Notes: generated by a model from the sequence alone, not told the origin. A DNA stretch of 64,000 bases from Octopus sinensis (GCF_006345805.1 NC_043008.1:60016001-60080000); one strand, 5' to 3'. Positions 1-13,632 are shown, numbered from the stretch's first letter. Translations and numbers: made by a program.

Positions 1-59
1 CTGAATAAAGATAGTGAAGGGTTGATAGAGAGAAATGAGAGCTTGGTTGGAAATGGATA

Positions 60-85
60 TAAAATAAAGACAGATGGAGAGAGAG

Positions 86-123
<38 letters not shown>

Positions 124-360
124 GAAGAAAGATATAAAGAGAAAGATAGAGGAACTCAAACATAAGGTTGACAAAGAATGGGCAAAAGAGTAGTGAGTAT
201 GTGAGTGCTGAGAATACCAAAAAGATGCGGGTAGGGAGAGCAATGGATGTGGTAAAAGAATTAAGGAAGAGGAATAAAACTGAATCAGTGAGAGAGAAAG
301 AAGATGAAAGATAGGAAGCTAAACTGAGTGAAAAGGAAAGGTTTGCGAAGGAAAGAATTC
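60..360. repeat. (GA)n and purine-rich low-complexity tract
   Basis: (GA)n at about 80-120 followed by a G/A-only-biased stretch. Confidence 0.85.
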
Positions 361-1444
361 TTCGCTGTAAATGTATTCAGCGCCATATGGCCATATTTCC
401 TAATAGTAAATCGATTTTAACAATTCCATGCTTGTTAAGTATTTTAGTAACGACTTTAGCAATCGATTAATACTGCCATTTTATAGCTTCTTTTTTTTTA
501 TCAACATAATTGATTCGGCCATTTACGGCAGTGATTATAACAAGGAGTACTTTACAACGTGTTTATGTTAATTTCTTCTTCTTCTTCTTCTTCTTCTTCT
601 TCTTCTTCTTCTTCTTTCTCCTCCTCCTTCTTTCTCCACATTAATATAACAGAAAGAAAAAAAAAAAGACCGAACCATCTTTGAAGGTTCCGGTAAAGTG
701 CTAAGCTTTTGGATAAAATATTTCTCTGACGTTATCAACTCAAAGAGAAGTTTTCAAGACTATTTTCACATTATATTCGGAACAACAATCTCTTTGAATC
801 CTCATGGTAATTATCAACCTTTGGTTGGATGCAAAAATCTCTTTTATCGACGATATAGAATATATATTTTAACACATTCCTAAATTTACATGGCTTAAAG
901 AGATTGTATATATCGGTAAAGGGGAAATGTTTTATCACGATAACCAGCATTATACTTGCTCACTGGGGTTGAAAATCATCTGCTCTTCTCTCGATTCGTC
1001 TGGTTTGCGATTCCAGCCAATAACCAAATGTTGTGTAAAGCAAATTTATACAATTCTAAGTCGTGGAACCGATCGCTGTAAGACCTGTTATCAAGAGGAG
1101 CATAAGGTATATGTCTTCCTATGTTCCCAAAGCACATTACTTAGCTTCGTTTTTAAGCCGATGGAAGGACGACATATATTTTTCTTATTGGACAGGAACA
1201 AGTGAAACTAAGGTAACATACTTATATTTGCACCTTTTCTTCAACAGATTCGGGTATCTTTAGTCAACTTTCTAATTCTATATCAAGTTTATGAAGTTCG
1301 TTTGTCATTGACAATATAGATATATCTAAATTAATAACGCTTCTACTGTAGAATTCTGCAGTCGATTTTGTCAATCCCAAACAATTAACCCGAACTTATT
1401 TTATAGATGCTATAAAACTTTTCTAATTTATGAACAAAAACAGC

Positions 1445-1563
1445 AATTTTAACGACAGTGGGTTAGTCGATACCATTGATATCAGTACTTGACATAATTC
1501 ATTTTATCGACATCGGAAGGGTGTAAAACAAAGTTTACCTCGGCGGAATTTAAACTCAGAAGT
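1445..1563 (-). mobile_element. Old SINE family A fragment, host of a younger insertion
   Basis: Reverse-complement match to the family A central module (ttttatcgac...aaagtttacctcggcggaatttaaactcagaa). Confidence 0.7.
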
Positions 1564-1987
1564 TTAAAGGCGGCGAGCTGGCATAAACCTGAGCACGACG
1601 GGCGAAATGCTTAGCGGTATTTCGTCTGCCGCTACGTTCTGAGTTCAAATTCCGCCGAGGTCGACTTTGCCTTTCATCCTTTCGGGGTGGATAAATTAAG
1701 TACCAGTTACGCACTGGGGTCAATGTAATCGACTTAATACCTATGTCTGTCCTTGTTTGTCCTCTTTATGTTTAGCCCCTTGTGGGTAATAAAGAAATAG
1801 GTATTTCGTCTGCCGCCACGTTCTGAGTTCAAATTCCACCGAGGTCAACTTTGCCTTTCATCCTTTCGGGGTCGATAAATTAAGTACCAGTTAGGCACTT
1901 GGGTCAATGTAATCGGCTTAATCCCCTTGTCTGTACTTGTTTGTCCCCTCTATGTTCAGCCCCTTGTTGGCAATAAAGAAATAAGGG
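1564..1987 (+). mobile_element. SINE family A full copy plus 5'-truncated second unit, Tx1-like tail, 16-bp TSD
   Basis: tRNA-like head ggcggcgagctggc, B-box gttcaaat, central tttgcctttcatcctttcggggtcgataaattaagtacc; TSD atttaaactcagaagt at 1548-1563 and 1988-2003. Confidence 0.9.
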
Positions 1988-2485
1988 ATTTAAACTCAGA
2001 AGTAAAGTAAACTAAGAAATGCAAGACTTAGATAGCTTTTGATTTAATAAACAACAACCTTTTGTTATTGATGAAATGAGGTTCAGGAAATAAGAGGATG
2101 GATCAAATGGCCAAACTGGGGCAAATATAAATTCCAGGGATATTTGAGGACGTATCTAGTCGGTGGTGGTTTCAACAACGATATATCACTTTCTATGAGC
2201 CCATATCCTTTATTTACCGCTTAACTTTGAATAAAGGAATTTACTGATGTATTAATGACCACTAGTGCATGGCCGCTGACAGTATTCATAGCTATATACA
2301 TATTTCATGTTACGCTAAGAATATTTTGAAATGTTTTGACTGAGGAAGGTTTACATACTAGATACATTTCGTATTACATATTACGCAAACATGGAACATA
2401 TGTTTTGAATGATTTCAAAATATCACTCTTTGGCTCAATTACATCATTGCAACTTTTATGCATATATATATATATATGCATGTGC

Positions 2486-2522
<37 letters not shown>

Positions 2523-3496
2523 AGAGAGAGAGAAAGAGAAGGAAAATGAGATAAACTAGGGAGATTTAAATGTGTGTATGTGAGTGTAAATGATTCTATA
2601 AGCATATATAATTGTATGTATATTTCTCTCTCTCTCTCTACACACACACATACACACACACACACAGGTAGATATTGTGCATGTGTACGCGTGAGTAACC
2701 ACCGAGAGTGATTAATACCAGCCGAATCACCACAAATTTATTTAATATTCAGATATGCTTTAGTCTGAGACTACTCTGGAAAATAGAGAAAAAAAATCAC
2801 TCGAGAAACCATAATATAGCTGATAAGAAGAAGCATGCTTTAAGAGTAGTATTTGGTGAGAAAGTCATTAAGATTTAATGATCTGCTATACATACAGTTA
2901 AGAATATATTACGTGATTTGAAATACCGTTCAAACCGGTGTGGTTTAGCAGTTTCTGTGGTCGAAAGAAAAATAATAAAATAGCGATGTAATTGACAGAT
3001 TCTTATCAACAACCAAAGTTATGTAGTCTGTCTGTATAGCGGCCTCACTGACATTTCTTCTTTCCAAGTGCTAAATAACGTATGTGTGTGTATAAAATAG
3101 AAATGAGTTAATGATCTAAGAAAACTAAGGCAGAATGGCCAATTGCATATATTTGGATAACCAAGACGGGTGAAGGTGTATCACATGTCATTCAAGACAA
3201 GTTCTTTATGTATTGAAATGGTTTTCGAAATCTGACGGAATAATTAATCGCCCATGTCCAATGCATACGACCGACTTTCAAATGAGCAGTGTGTGAACGC
3301 ACACACGTGTATGAATATATCTATATGCGTGTAGGTAATTAAAAATATAAATGATTGTATATATGTATTTATGTGTTTGAGTGTGTTAGTGAGTTTGTAT
3401 GTTTGTGTGTGTTAGTATGCATTTATACTGTTGTCTTTACGTTCAACCATTTTCGTAAACTGTATGAAAACACATTCCTAACAGTTTTGACAAATA

Positions 3497-3584
<88 letters not shown>

Positions 3585-4149
3585 CTGTTCGACCCGCCTG
3601 TTCGGGACGACTTTCGGGCCAGGGCCCATGGACAACTTCCAGAGATCCCTGGCCTGGCAGTGCTACCGAGAAGCGCTACCCGTTCGGGATAAGCTCTACA
3701 GACACGGCTCGAGAAACACGGGGCCGACCTGCCCGAGATGCGGTCAGAGCGACGAAACCGTTCTGCACGCACTCGTTCAGTGTCCAACAATTTCCGACCT
3801 GTGGGCTTATGTCGAACAACTGCTGTCACGTGTGGGACGAGTCGGTTTATCAGCTGAGTCTATCGTCAATATTGTCACGCCTCCTTCCTTCAAACGGGAA
3901 GGAAGAGCTATTTTCATCATCCTTGTGGCTATGGCGAAAGAATGTATCTGGTGGACGCGTCTGAAAGGATTGGAGACAAACACTTTCCTCTCTGGTCAAT
4001 CTCTCATCAACTTCTTCAAGTACCACTTGAAAAGGAAAGTGAGAGTAGAGAGGCAAGTTTTGTCTAGCGAATGTTTTAAAAAAAGATGGGTGAATGTAGC
4101 AAGAATGGCACGTATGAATGACGAAGCCACCTTGAGCATAGTCCTATGA
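3585..4149 (+). pseudogene. LINE ORF2 C-terminal fragment (zinc-binding region downstream of RT)
   Basis: About 187 open codons after the microsatellite: LAWQCYREALPVRDKL...CPRC...HALVQC...LW; the N-terminal part of listed ORF 3355-4149 is microsatellite read-through. Confidence 0.85.
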
Positions 4150-4535
4150 ACTCAGAAATCGAAAACAGAGAGTTGCTTATTTGCAAAAAAAAAAAAAAAA
4201 AAAAAAGAAATATAAAATGTGACTTCATTGACCGAGGTTACCGTGGTCTTTTCCGTAGGCTTTTCTTTCCACGGGTAAACCTCACCTGTCCTCCCCTTTA
4301 CACTTCATATTGACATTTCTGTGATAACGATCCCTATTGATCAATTTTTTTTTTTTCCTCTCCCCCTTTTTTTTTAACCCCCCTTTTTTTTTGTCCTCTT
4401 TCTCTCCTTTTACGATCCCTTTTGATCGAAACTCCCCCTTCCTTTTTTTTTTTTTTTTTTAAACCTTCAAAAGAAAAGCTCTACCTTGTAATTTGTTCTA
4501 TCTGTGTGCAGCCCTGTGTGGCTAATAAAGAAACA
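3585..4535 (+). mobile_element. 5'-truncated L1/Tx1-type LINE (ORF2 C-terminus plus 3' UTR) inside a (TATC)n array
   Basis: Uninterrupted ORF to TGA at 4149 with zf-RVT-like motif CPRCGQSDETVLHALVQC; pyrimidine-rich 3' UTR ending aataaagaaaca; (TATC)n on both sides. Confidence 0.85.
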
Positions 4536-4569
<34 letters not shown>

Positions 4570-4578
4570 GCTAGCTAA

Positions 4579-4618
<40 letters not shown>

Positions 4619-4639
4619 CAATTTCTCCCAAGAATTTAT

Positions 4640-4810
4640 AATAGGAAATTCCTTTCATATCTGCCTAACATGTCAAAGTTTGTAAATCCTATTAGCAAAA
4701 GAAACACGTGTAATGGTAAATAAATAATACCCAAAATCTTCCAATTTCCTGTTTTGTTATACAAATAACTCTGCAAATGGTATTTCTGTAATTCTCAATT
4801 TTCATATTTG
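4640..4810 (+). repeat. Unclassified dispersed repeat, about 170 bp; second copy at about 32975-33160
   Basis: Shared attagcaaa.gaaacacgtgtaatgg...ataatacc.aaa.t.ttcca...tatttctgt in both places. Confidence 0.7.
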
Positions 4811-5249
4811 TTTTGACTAACATACAGAAGCAACTGAGACTACATATTAGATAGTAATAATGGGCAGACGTTTTTCAAAAGGAAAGATAGATAAATTGAT
4901 ACCTACGTATATACATACCGATGATATAAATATAAATATAAATATAAATACATATATATATATATATAAACATATATGTATATATAAAATACACGCACAC
5001 TTTCATGCGCACTATACTACACCTCACAAACTAGTCCTACTCAAGTATTGGTTAGAGTCGTTTCTTGTAATCTTTCTTAGGTTTCATTCTTATGTAAACA
5101 GTTTATTTTTTTAACAAAACAAGAAAAAATGGCGGAGGAGTGGGTAAAAAATAGAAGTAAGTCGACACCAAAAATTGGTGTCGAAAATAAAAAGAATATT
5201 AACGAAGGCATACTATCACCCTAAAAATATAACAAAAATAAGACCAAAA

Positions 5250-5765
5250 ATACATATATACATTCATACATACATACATACATACATACATACATACATA
5301 CATACATACATACACAACAATACATACGAAGAACTACTACATATACATATATACATACATACATCCTACATACATACAACATACATACACACACACACAT
5401 ACGAAATACATACTATACATATATACATACATACCACATAATACATACATAATACATACATACATACATACACACACACATACATACGAAGATACATACC
5501 ATATACCTATACATACATACAACACACACACACATACATACTAAGATACATACATATATACATATATACATACATACATACATACATACATACATACATA
5601 CATACATACATACATACACACACACATACATACGAAGATACATACATATATACATATATACATACATACATACATACATACATACATACATACATACATA
5701 CATACACACACACATACATACGAAGATACATACATATATACATACATACATACATACATACTATT
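5250..5765. repeat. Compound (CATA)n/(CA)n array with higher-order units
   Basis: Recurrent atacgaagatacatacatatatacat block every 65-90 bp or so. Confidence 0.85.
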
Positions 5766-5819
5766 AATACTACTGCTATTGCTACAACTACAAATAATAG
5801 TAATGATAATAATGACATT

Positions 5820-5820
5820 A

Positions 5821-5867
<47 letters not shown>

Positions 5868-5895
5868 TTACTACTACTACTACTACTACTACTAT

Positions 5896-5937
<42 letters not shown>

Positions 5938-6073
5938 TGGTAATTATAAAATACCCCAGAAAAATGCAAACAATATAACTGTTTGCGATTTGTTCTGGTG
6001 TTTTGTAAGAATTTCAGAAAAACAGTACGGAAGAAGACACGAGAATTTGTTAAGAGTTATTTATATTCGGCCT

Positions 6074-6143
<70 letters not shown>
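5820..6143. repeat. (TAC)n and (GTA)n arrays in inverted arrangement around a unique spacer of about 135 bp
   Basis: (TAC)n about 5820-5935; (GTA)n 6073-6143. Confidence 0.9.
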
Positions 6144-6144
<1 letters not shown>

Positions 6145-6349
6145 TATTGTTGTTACAGTTGATGCATCACCGTCATAGCTATCTTTATTTTTTGCATTTC
6201 TTTTTTGTTATATATATATTGTTTTTTTACCGTCATTATTGTTGTTCTTATTGATGTGTTGTTGTTATTTTCACTTATGTTTTTGATATTTGTTTATATA
6301 GTTTTATCATCATCATCATAATCATCATCATCATCATCATCATCATCAA

Positions 6350-6385
<36 letters not shown>

Positions 6386-6769
6386 GTTATTATTATTATT
6401 AGTATTAGTATTATTTTCATCGTTATTATTATCATGTTTGTCTGAGACAGCAAAATTAATGTTTTTTTAATGAATCCTGTTCATAAGACACGTAAAATGT
6501 TATACAGCCGAGAAACGAGAAACAAACAAACAAACAAACACATAAATATTAAAACAAAAAAAAAATGAGAAAAAATGAAGAAAAAAAATGAAAGAAGCAG
6601 AAGCGGGTAAGGGTAGAGTAAGAATAGAAATAGATGAACAGTGCGAGAGCAAGGGAGTGCAGTGAGAGAAGAGGCAGGGATAGGACAGAAATATAAAATG
6701 AGGTATTGAAAAAATGCGTGAGAAAAGAGTCTTACTGTTTCGCTCATTAGATTATATATATATATATAG

Positions 6770-6835
<66 letters not shown>

Positions 6836-7040
6836 TATGTATATGATATATATGTATGTATATTAATATGTATATATTATAAATATATATATATATAAAT
6901 ATATTATATGTATAATATATATATGTATATTATATATATATATATATATACATATATAATATATGTATATACAATATATATATATATATATGTAATACAT
7001 ATATTATATATATGTATATGTATATATATATATGTATATG

Positions 7041-7074
<34 letters not shown>

Positions 7075-7630
7075 ATATATATATATAATGTATACATATA
7101 TATATATATACATATATATATATACCCACATATACCTTTTTAACTCGCTAAATCTACCTATGTTTTCTAACGTACCTCTCCTATCCTATCTGAAAAAGAG
7201 TTGTTATTCCTATAAGAAGGACAGAGAGAGGGAATGAGAGAAAGAGAGATCTGGAAAGATAGAGATAGAGAGAGAGCGGAGTAACGATAGATACTTTGAG
7301 AGAGAGGCGGGGTAAGAGATTGAAAATGAAAGATCGAAAGTAATAAGTATTAAAAAAGAGGGCGATGGAAATTTCATAAGGGTCAGAGCAATGAAACTGA
7401 GGGCAATCAATCTATCACGAAATATGCCAGAGAAATGATAGGGAAAGGTATTAAATAGAAATATTAGAATGTGGTATTCACGATGACCTCCTTCTTCGCT
7501 TGTAAACCAGCGAGTATTCATCCTTGACATTTTTTATATAAGATATATTGAAACACAGTTATATGCTTATATACATACCTAATACATACATACATACACA
7601 TGCACACACATTTATATATGTATATGTATA

Positions 7631-7687
<57 letters not shown>

Positions 7688-9045
7688 ATGTATGTAAGTA
7701 TGTATATGTGTGTATACATATAAATACTCACACGCACACACTTACATATATTATATATGTGAATGGAGTTACGTATAGTGTAATAAAAGTAGTGTCCTTC
7801 TGGGGAGAAACTGGAGTGTCTTTAGTCGTAATTCTGAGATTCTCATTGCCAATTATTGTAACCAATGATGGAAGGAAGTAGCGTGACCTTATATAAGCAA
7901 AATGTATATAAATGTACCGGAATATGAACAGTCATCGAAATTTGATTGATTGCTGAAAACACTTCAGAAAATGTGTGAAATATTCTTGCATTCAATTGTC
8001 ACAAACGGAACACTTTAATATTTTTACCTATTTACATGCAAAAATAGTAGCATCATTTCCATTTCTTCCTTCTCATATAAGTTGAGTATATAAAATTAAG
8101 AAAAGCAGCCGTTGAAAAATGATCGAAAAAATATTTTCACCATATGATCATCTTTTAAGACATATTAAATACATTATATGAAAAATACACTCGTATTTAT
8201 AAATTTTGCAATAAGTAGCAATAGAAATGTCTGCAAAAATTCATTATTTCGAGTATTTGTGTAAAATTGAAATATATTATAGTACTATGATGTACTTCTT
8301 CGAGAGACGAAGAGCGCAGTTTCTGGAGACATTGTTATAAAGGGGTGACGAATCGATTTTATCTTTGAAATTCAAGATTTATTTGGACGGTGAAAAGGTG
8401 ACGATTGCATTTGGGTGCCTTAATGAACACATAATTTTAAAATAAGTTTTGTAATTATATGTAGCTTTTTATTTAACCGTTATTTGCAAGAGACATCTTA
8501 AATCATTGAGCTTTTGATATTGAGAGATAAGATAATCACCTCGTTACAATTAAACTGGATGCGAGAATTTGGTGTTCGGACTAATAATTTTTTCTCGATT
8601 TAACTAGTAATGGAAGTAGAGGGAATTTTGGTGTCATAGCAGTTGATCATAATGCTAATTCTATTAAATATCTAACGATATATATGGTCTAAATGAGAAG
8701 CTTATTTATGAGAATACAGATGGTCAACAGTAGAAGCTTTAGAATATTTCTAAAATTATTTGAATGAATATCTAAATTACACTGCAGTCACTAACACTGT
8801 GTTTATGAATATTAGCATCGAAAGGTATGTATTTTAATGAGTGTAAGCAAGAAACTGTGTTTGAACACGCACATTGTTAAAATGTGAGGCTTATGGAAAA
8901 GATAACACATATCTATGAGTACATATGTTTTTGAGCATATATATATGTCACTAAAGTGACAGATGGTACAAAGTGGTATCGGCCGTTGCTAGAAATAAGA
9001 GTCAAGAAGAGCACTCGAGTTGAGCTTCCTTTTCTTATATATATA

Positions 9046-9076
<31 letters not shown>

Positions 9077-9083
9077 AGTTCTC

Positions 9084-9312
9084 ATTTCTTTATTACCCAC
9101 AAGGGGCTAAACATAGAGGGGACAAACAAGGACAGACAAAATTATTAAATCGATTACATCGACCCCAGTGCGTAATTGGTACATAATTTATCGACCCCGA
9201 AAGGATGAAAGGCAAAGTCGACCGCGGCGGAATTTGATCTCGGAATGTAACGGCAGACGAAATATCGTTAAGCATTTCGCCTGGCGCGCTAACATTTCTG
9301 CCAGCCCGCCGC
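9084..9312 (-). mobile_element. SINE family A, Tx1-like tail
   Basis: Full reverse copy from tail atttctttattacccacaagggg to head ccagcccgccgc. Confidence 0.9.
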
Positions 9313-9639
9313 ATACGTTCACACAGTAACACAGTAACATACGCACATATATGCATACATACATACACGCATACACGCACACATACACACACACATATAT
9401 AAAGGTAGTTGTCCATGTTCATCATGGTTACTTTTATCGACGGTTTCTCCTACCAAGATTGTACATTCCTGTAATGTTATGTATGAAGCTTGCACGTCTC
9501 TGAAGATTTGACAATACATCTTGATTATATGATTTACATTATGCAACTAGAATAATTTGTCGTTAATGGATGTACGTAAGACAGTGTAACTAAATAACTT
9601 ATAAACAATCTCTCATGTTTCGCTTTTGGCTTTCATACA

Positions 9640-9670
<31 letters not shown>

Positions 9671-9749
9671 GTGTATATATAATATAAATATATATGTATA
9701 TATATATGTATATATATATGTATCTATATGTGTGTATATATATATATAT

Positions 9750-9788
<39 letters not shown>

Positions 9789-10303
9789 TGAGAGAGAGAG
9801 AGATAAATATTCAGTACATGTGTATCTTTGTATGCTAAACCTCTCAGGAAGCTACGCACATCGCTGATGGTATCTTATTGTAATAGTCTTCCGTAACGCA
9901 TGCGCGTGTAATAACTATGCATGCACGCGTATCATTCTTATATACTTGAAAGTACTTAAAGTATGGAAAGAAGTTTAAAACGCATCAGTTCTCCACCCCT
10001 CCTTACATAAAGTTGTTTTTCTTCTTTACATACACAATATAGTGTTTCAAATACATAAAGTTTTTTTGGTGATATTTTTGTATGGAGAAGAGGGTTTCGG
10101 TGGTAAATATTGCAATGATGACGGCATTCCAACTACAAATTTCCTTAACTTATGGTTTCTGAAGCTGAAAAACTAAGGTTTTGAATGATGTGTTTATAAG
10201 TTGTTTAGCTGTTACAGTATCATCTGTATTCTCTTTTCTCTTTTATAGTAATACAAACCCGACGTGTTTGCAGTCAATCCAACAAACTAACAGTGCCAGT
10301 AAA

Positions 10304-10403
10304 NNNNNNNNNNNNNNNNNNNNNNNNNNNNNNNNNNNNNNNNNNNNNNNNNNNNNNNNNNNNNNNNNNNNNNNNNNNNNNNNNNNNNNNNNNNNNNNNN
10401 NNN
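10304..10403. other. Assembly gap (100 N)
   Basis: Exactly 100 N; sequences on the two sides may not be contiguous. Confidence 1.
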
Positions 10404-10536
10404 ATATATGCATATATACGTATGTGTATATACTTACATGCATATATTGATAAATATATATATATATATAATTTATACTATGCACACATATACATACGTA
10501 TATATATATATATATGTATGTATATATATATATATG

Positions 10537-10611
<75 letters not shown>

Positions 10612-11035
10612 ATGTGTATATATATATATGTATGTATGTATGTATGTATCATTTAGGTACAGAAGACACGACTGCGTGCAGCTACAGATTGCGAATATAG
10701 TTTTTTTTCAATCTTTCATTTACGTCTATAAAACTTCTGTAGTGTTTGAATGCTTTCTTGTAAAAGAAATATCTTCCATTCATTTATTTAGTTTACGATG
10801 GATGAAACCCACTCATAGAATTTTACATAAAAAACAGTTAAAGTTGTCTGTCAATGGGAATAAAAACTTAAGCCTGCTTGTAACCAACGTTTTGGTTTCT
10901 TATATAATACACTGTGATAGCATAAAATTCTAAACGAAACAAACCCAGCAATTCAGGTTCTATTACATCCAAGTGTATCCACTAAAACATGTGGAGCTCT
11001 CTAATACTGGACGTGTGAGAATTAATAGTAGCCAT

Positions 11036-11582
11036 ATATAGTCTGGAAAGTTCGTGCCGATATTTAAAGGAAAGAAAAATGCCCTTACATTTTTAATCAA
11101 CCAAATACGAACCATTTTGTTGCACAATGCGTATCCATCTTTCCTTTAACTTTATAATATGCTCTTCCCAGAATTGAGGTGGTTTCATGGCAAAGAATTC
11201 ATCAAATTATCTTTTTACGTCGTCCAAGGAATTGAAATTTTTACCATTAAGACTATTAAGATCTGAATTGGTGGAAATCCGAAGGAGCAATATCTGGTGA
11301 ATATGGAGGGTGGGCTAGCACATCCCAGCCGAGCTGCAGCAATTTTTGTCTGGTTCCCAAAGCATCAAGTTCTGAAAATGAACTTTCTTATCTTCCATTT
11401 TAAAGGGTTACAGAATTAACACAGTTTATAGGAACATAAACCTTCTTCCACGAAAAGATATCTTAAACTGTGCTCTAAATGGAGGCGTAGTCAAATTCTA
11501 TTTTATGGACTCCACCAAGTTCTAAAATAAGTCGAAAGGTAAGCTGCTCTAAATCGGCACAAACTTTCCGGACAACCCAATA
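11036..11582 (-). mobile_element. Internally deleted mariner (Tc1/mariner) element
   Basis: TIRs gtc(t/c)ggaaagtt(c/t)gtgccgat at both ends, right end followed by TA; minus strand reads HPPYSPDIAPSDF...NSLNGKNFNSLDDVK*FDEFFAMKPPQFWEEHIIKLKERWIRIVQQNGSYLVD*. Confidence 0.9.
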
Positions 11583-12188
11583 AAATTCTTGTTGAACATT
11601 GCTTACAGATGCATATTCCAGCGTAATCATCGTTTGACTCATGGAACTCGACTTACGAATAATTCATTCATCCTGTTCTTCACCTTGATACTTGAGATGA
11701 AGGGCATGTATACGAAAAGTTTATACACTTAAAGCATCATAAAGGGTGTCCTTAAAGCAGAATTGTTAGAGCATCACAAAAAATGCATTGCGGTATTAGT
11801 TTCGATTTTTTCACATTCGGTGTTCAAATTTCACCGTGTTCTACTTTACCTTTAATCCTTTCTGGCTCGATGAAATAGAGAACCAGTCATGCAGTGCGGT
11901 CGATATAATCAACTAGCTCATCCACTCCAAATTTTCAGGCCTTGTGCCTATATCAGAAATAATAACTACTACTACCTAGAGCTAGAAGTAAGCACTACAT
12001 AATTTGAAGCAGTGAATGACCTTCTATTCGTGATCGACGCAACATCTCGTTACTTTAGTCGTTAAAATAATCACAAAAGTCATACATTTTGTCAAAACGT
12101 CCCTAAATTTCTTCCTGAAACATTCATGGCGTGCATTCAGTTAAAACAAAATGTGCAATTAACTTTCCTTTATACTTTAATAGACATT

Positions 12189-12408
12189 TTAAAAATTTGT
12201 TTCAGTCATTTGACTGCGGTCATGCTGGAGCACCGCCTTTAGTTGAACAAATCAAATGCAGGACTTATTCTTTGTAAGCCTAGTACTTATTGTATTGGTC
12301 TCTTTTGCAGAACCGCTAGGTTACGGGGACGTGAACACACCAACATCGGTTGCCAAGCGATGGTGGGGGTACAAACACAGATATACAAACATATACACAC
12401 ATAAACAC

Positions 12409-12469
<61 letters not shown>

Positions 12470-12651
12470 ACATATATATACATACATACGACAAGCTTCT
12501 TTTAGTTTCCATCTATCAAATCCATTCACAAGGCTTTGGTCAGCCTGAGTATTCAGTAGAAGATACCTGCCCAAAGTGCCACGCAGTGGGACTGAACCCG
12601 GAACCATGTGGTTGGTAAGCAATCTACTTACCATACAGCTTCTCCTGCGCC
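12189..12651 (-). mobile_element. SINE family C (tRNA head, internal microsatellite), 8-bp TSD
   Basis: Head ggcgcaggag...; tail ctccagcatg.ccgcagtcaaatgactgaaac; TSD tagacatt at 12181-12188 and 12652-12659. Confidence 0.9.
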
Positions 12652-12695
12652 TAGACATTCCTAAACACTTCGTCTTAATGTCTGTATTCTTTCAG

Positions 12696-12913
12696 ATATA
12701 ACAGCTCTTACGGACGAGCTGTGTTTAAAATACAATATACCGGCGGGAGATGAAAGTTATTCCAGCAACGGCTTTTGAGAACGGCAATTGCATTTCCGCC
12801 TGTATTAATGGTAGTGATGGTAGTAGGCTTTGCTGAAGTATCTTCTGACCCCGAGGAGAGGGGCCAATCCTTGGAATACGGTCCCATGTATCTTACGTAT
12901 GTGTCTTCGCCAG
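12696..12913 (+). CDS. Candidate exon with signal-peptide-like frame (strand ambiguous)
   Basis: Acceptor gtattctttcag and donor CAG|gtaagt; non-repetitive; frame LRTAIAFPPVLMVVMVVGFAEVSSDPEERG...; a minus-strand ORF (12708-12926) also spans it. Confidence 0.4.
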
Positions 12914-13503
12914 GTAAGTTCCACAAGCTCCAACATAACAGTTCTTGTAAAAGATCTTGTTGCGTGCGGCTAATGATTAAGAGGAGGTGTTTGATGCGAT
13001 TATATTTTCTTGTTTGGCAAATTATTTGATATGATATCGCTTGTTAAAACATAAACTATTACAGCATAGAAGATACTTGACAGATATTAAAAATTCACAA
13101 AAACTGTTATTTTATGTTGGTAATTTCTGTAACGCTATTTTATACTTTTGGGTGCCGAATTGTTTTTATTTTTGATTTGTAAATAACGATTTACTCTTTA
13201 TGTCAGAAATGCAGTAAGACATCAGAAATTCGAAGCTTATTGGACAGTAATGCCAGGGTACAACTTTAATCTCTGGTCTAGGTCACTATGTTTCTTTTGT
13301 TTCGTCTCTGGTATTTCTTTTAAAATAACTAAATCAAGGGCTGCAACTCACGCCCACCACCGACCATTGTAGTTGCTCAACTCTTTTCAATAGTCAACAT
13401 TAGCAATTGCAGAATGACGTTTCAACTCCTCTAAAGGCACCCAGTGCCCAAGACTTGATGACGTGTTGACCCAGGTCTCTTATAATCGAACAGAACCAAT
13501 ATA

Positions 13504-13586
<83 letters not shown>

Positions 13587-13632
13587 GTTTTCAAGCATCA
13601 AAAGACTACGTTGTCTAATGTATAATAAAAAA

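Noticed and set aside
1063-1263. ORF or exon ending AAG|gtaaca, with a competing minus-strand 52-aa ORF
   Set aside because: Weak acceptor, both strands equally plausible, no recognisable homology.
5162-5184. Perfect 10-bp hairpin as a Helitron 3' end
   Set aside because: The nearest terminus reads CTAT rather than CTRR, and no 5' TC end or second copy was found.
5325-5765. Possible CRISPR-like repeat/spacer array
   Set aside because: Spacers are microsatellite, the context is eukaryotic, and there are no cas genes.
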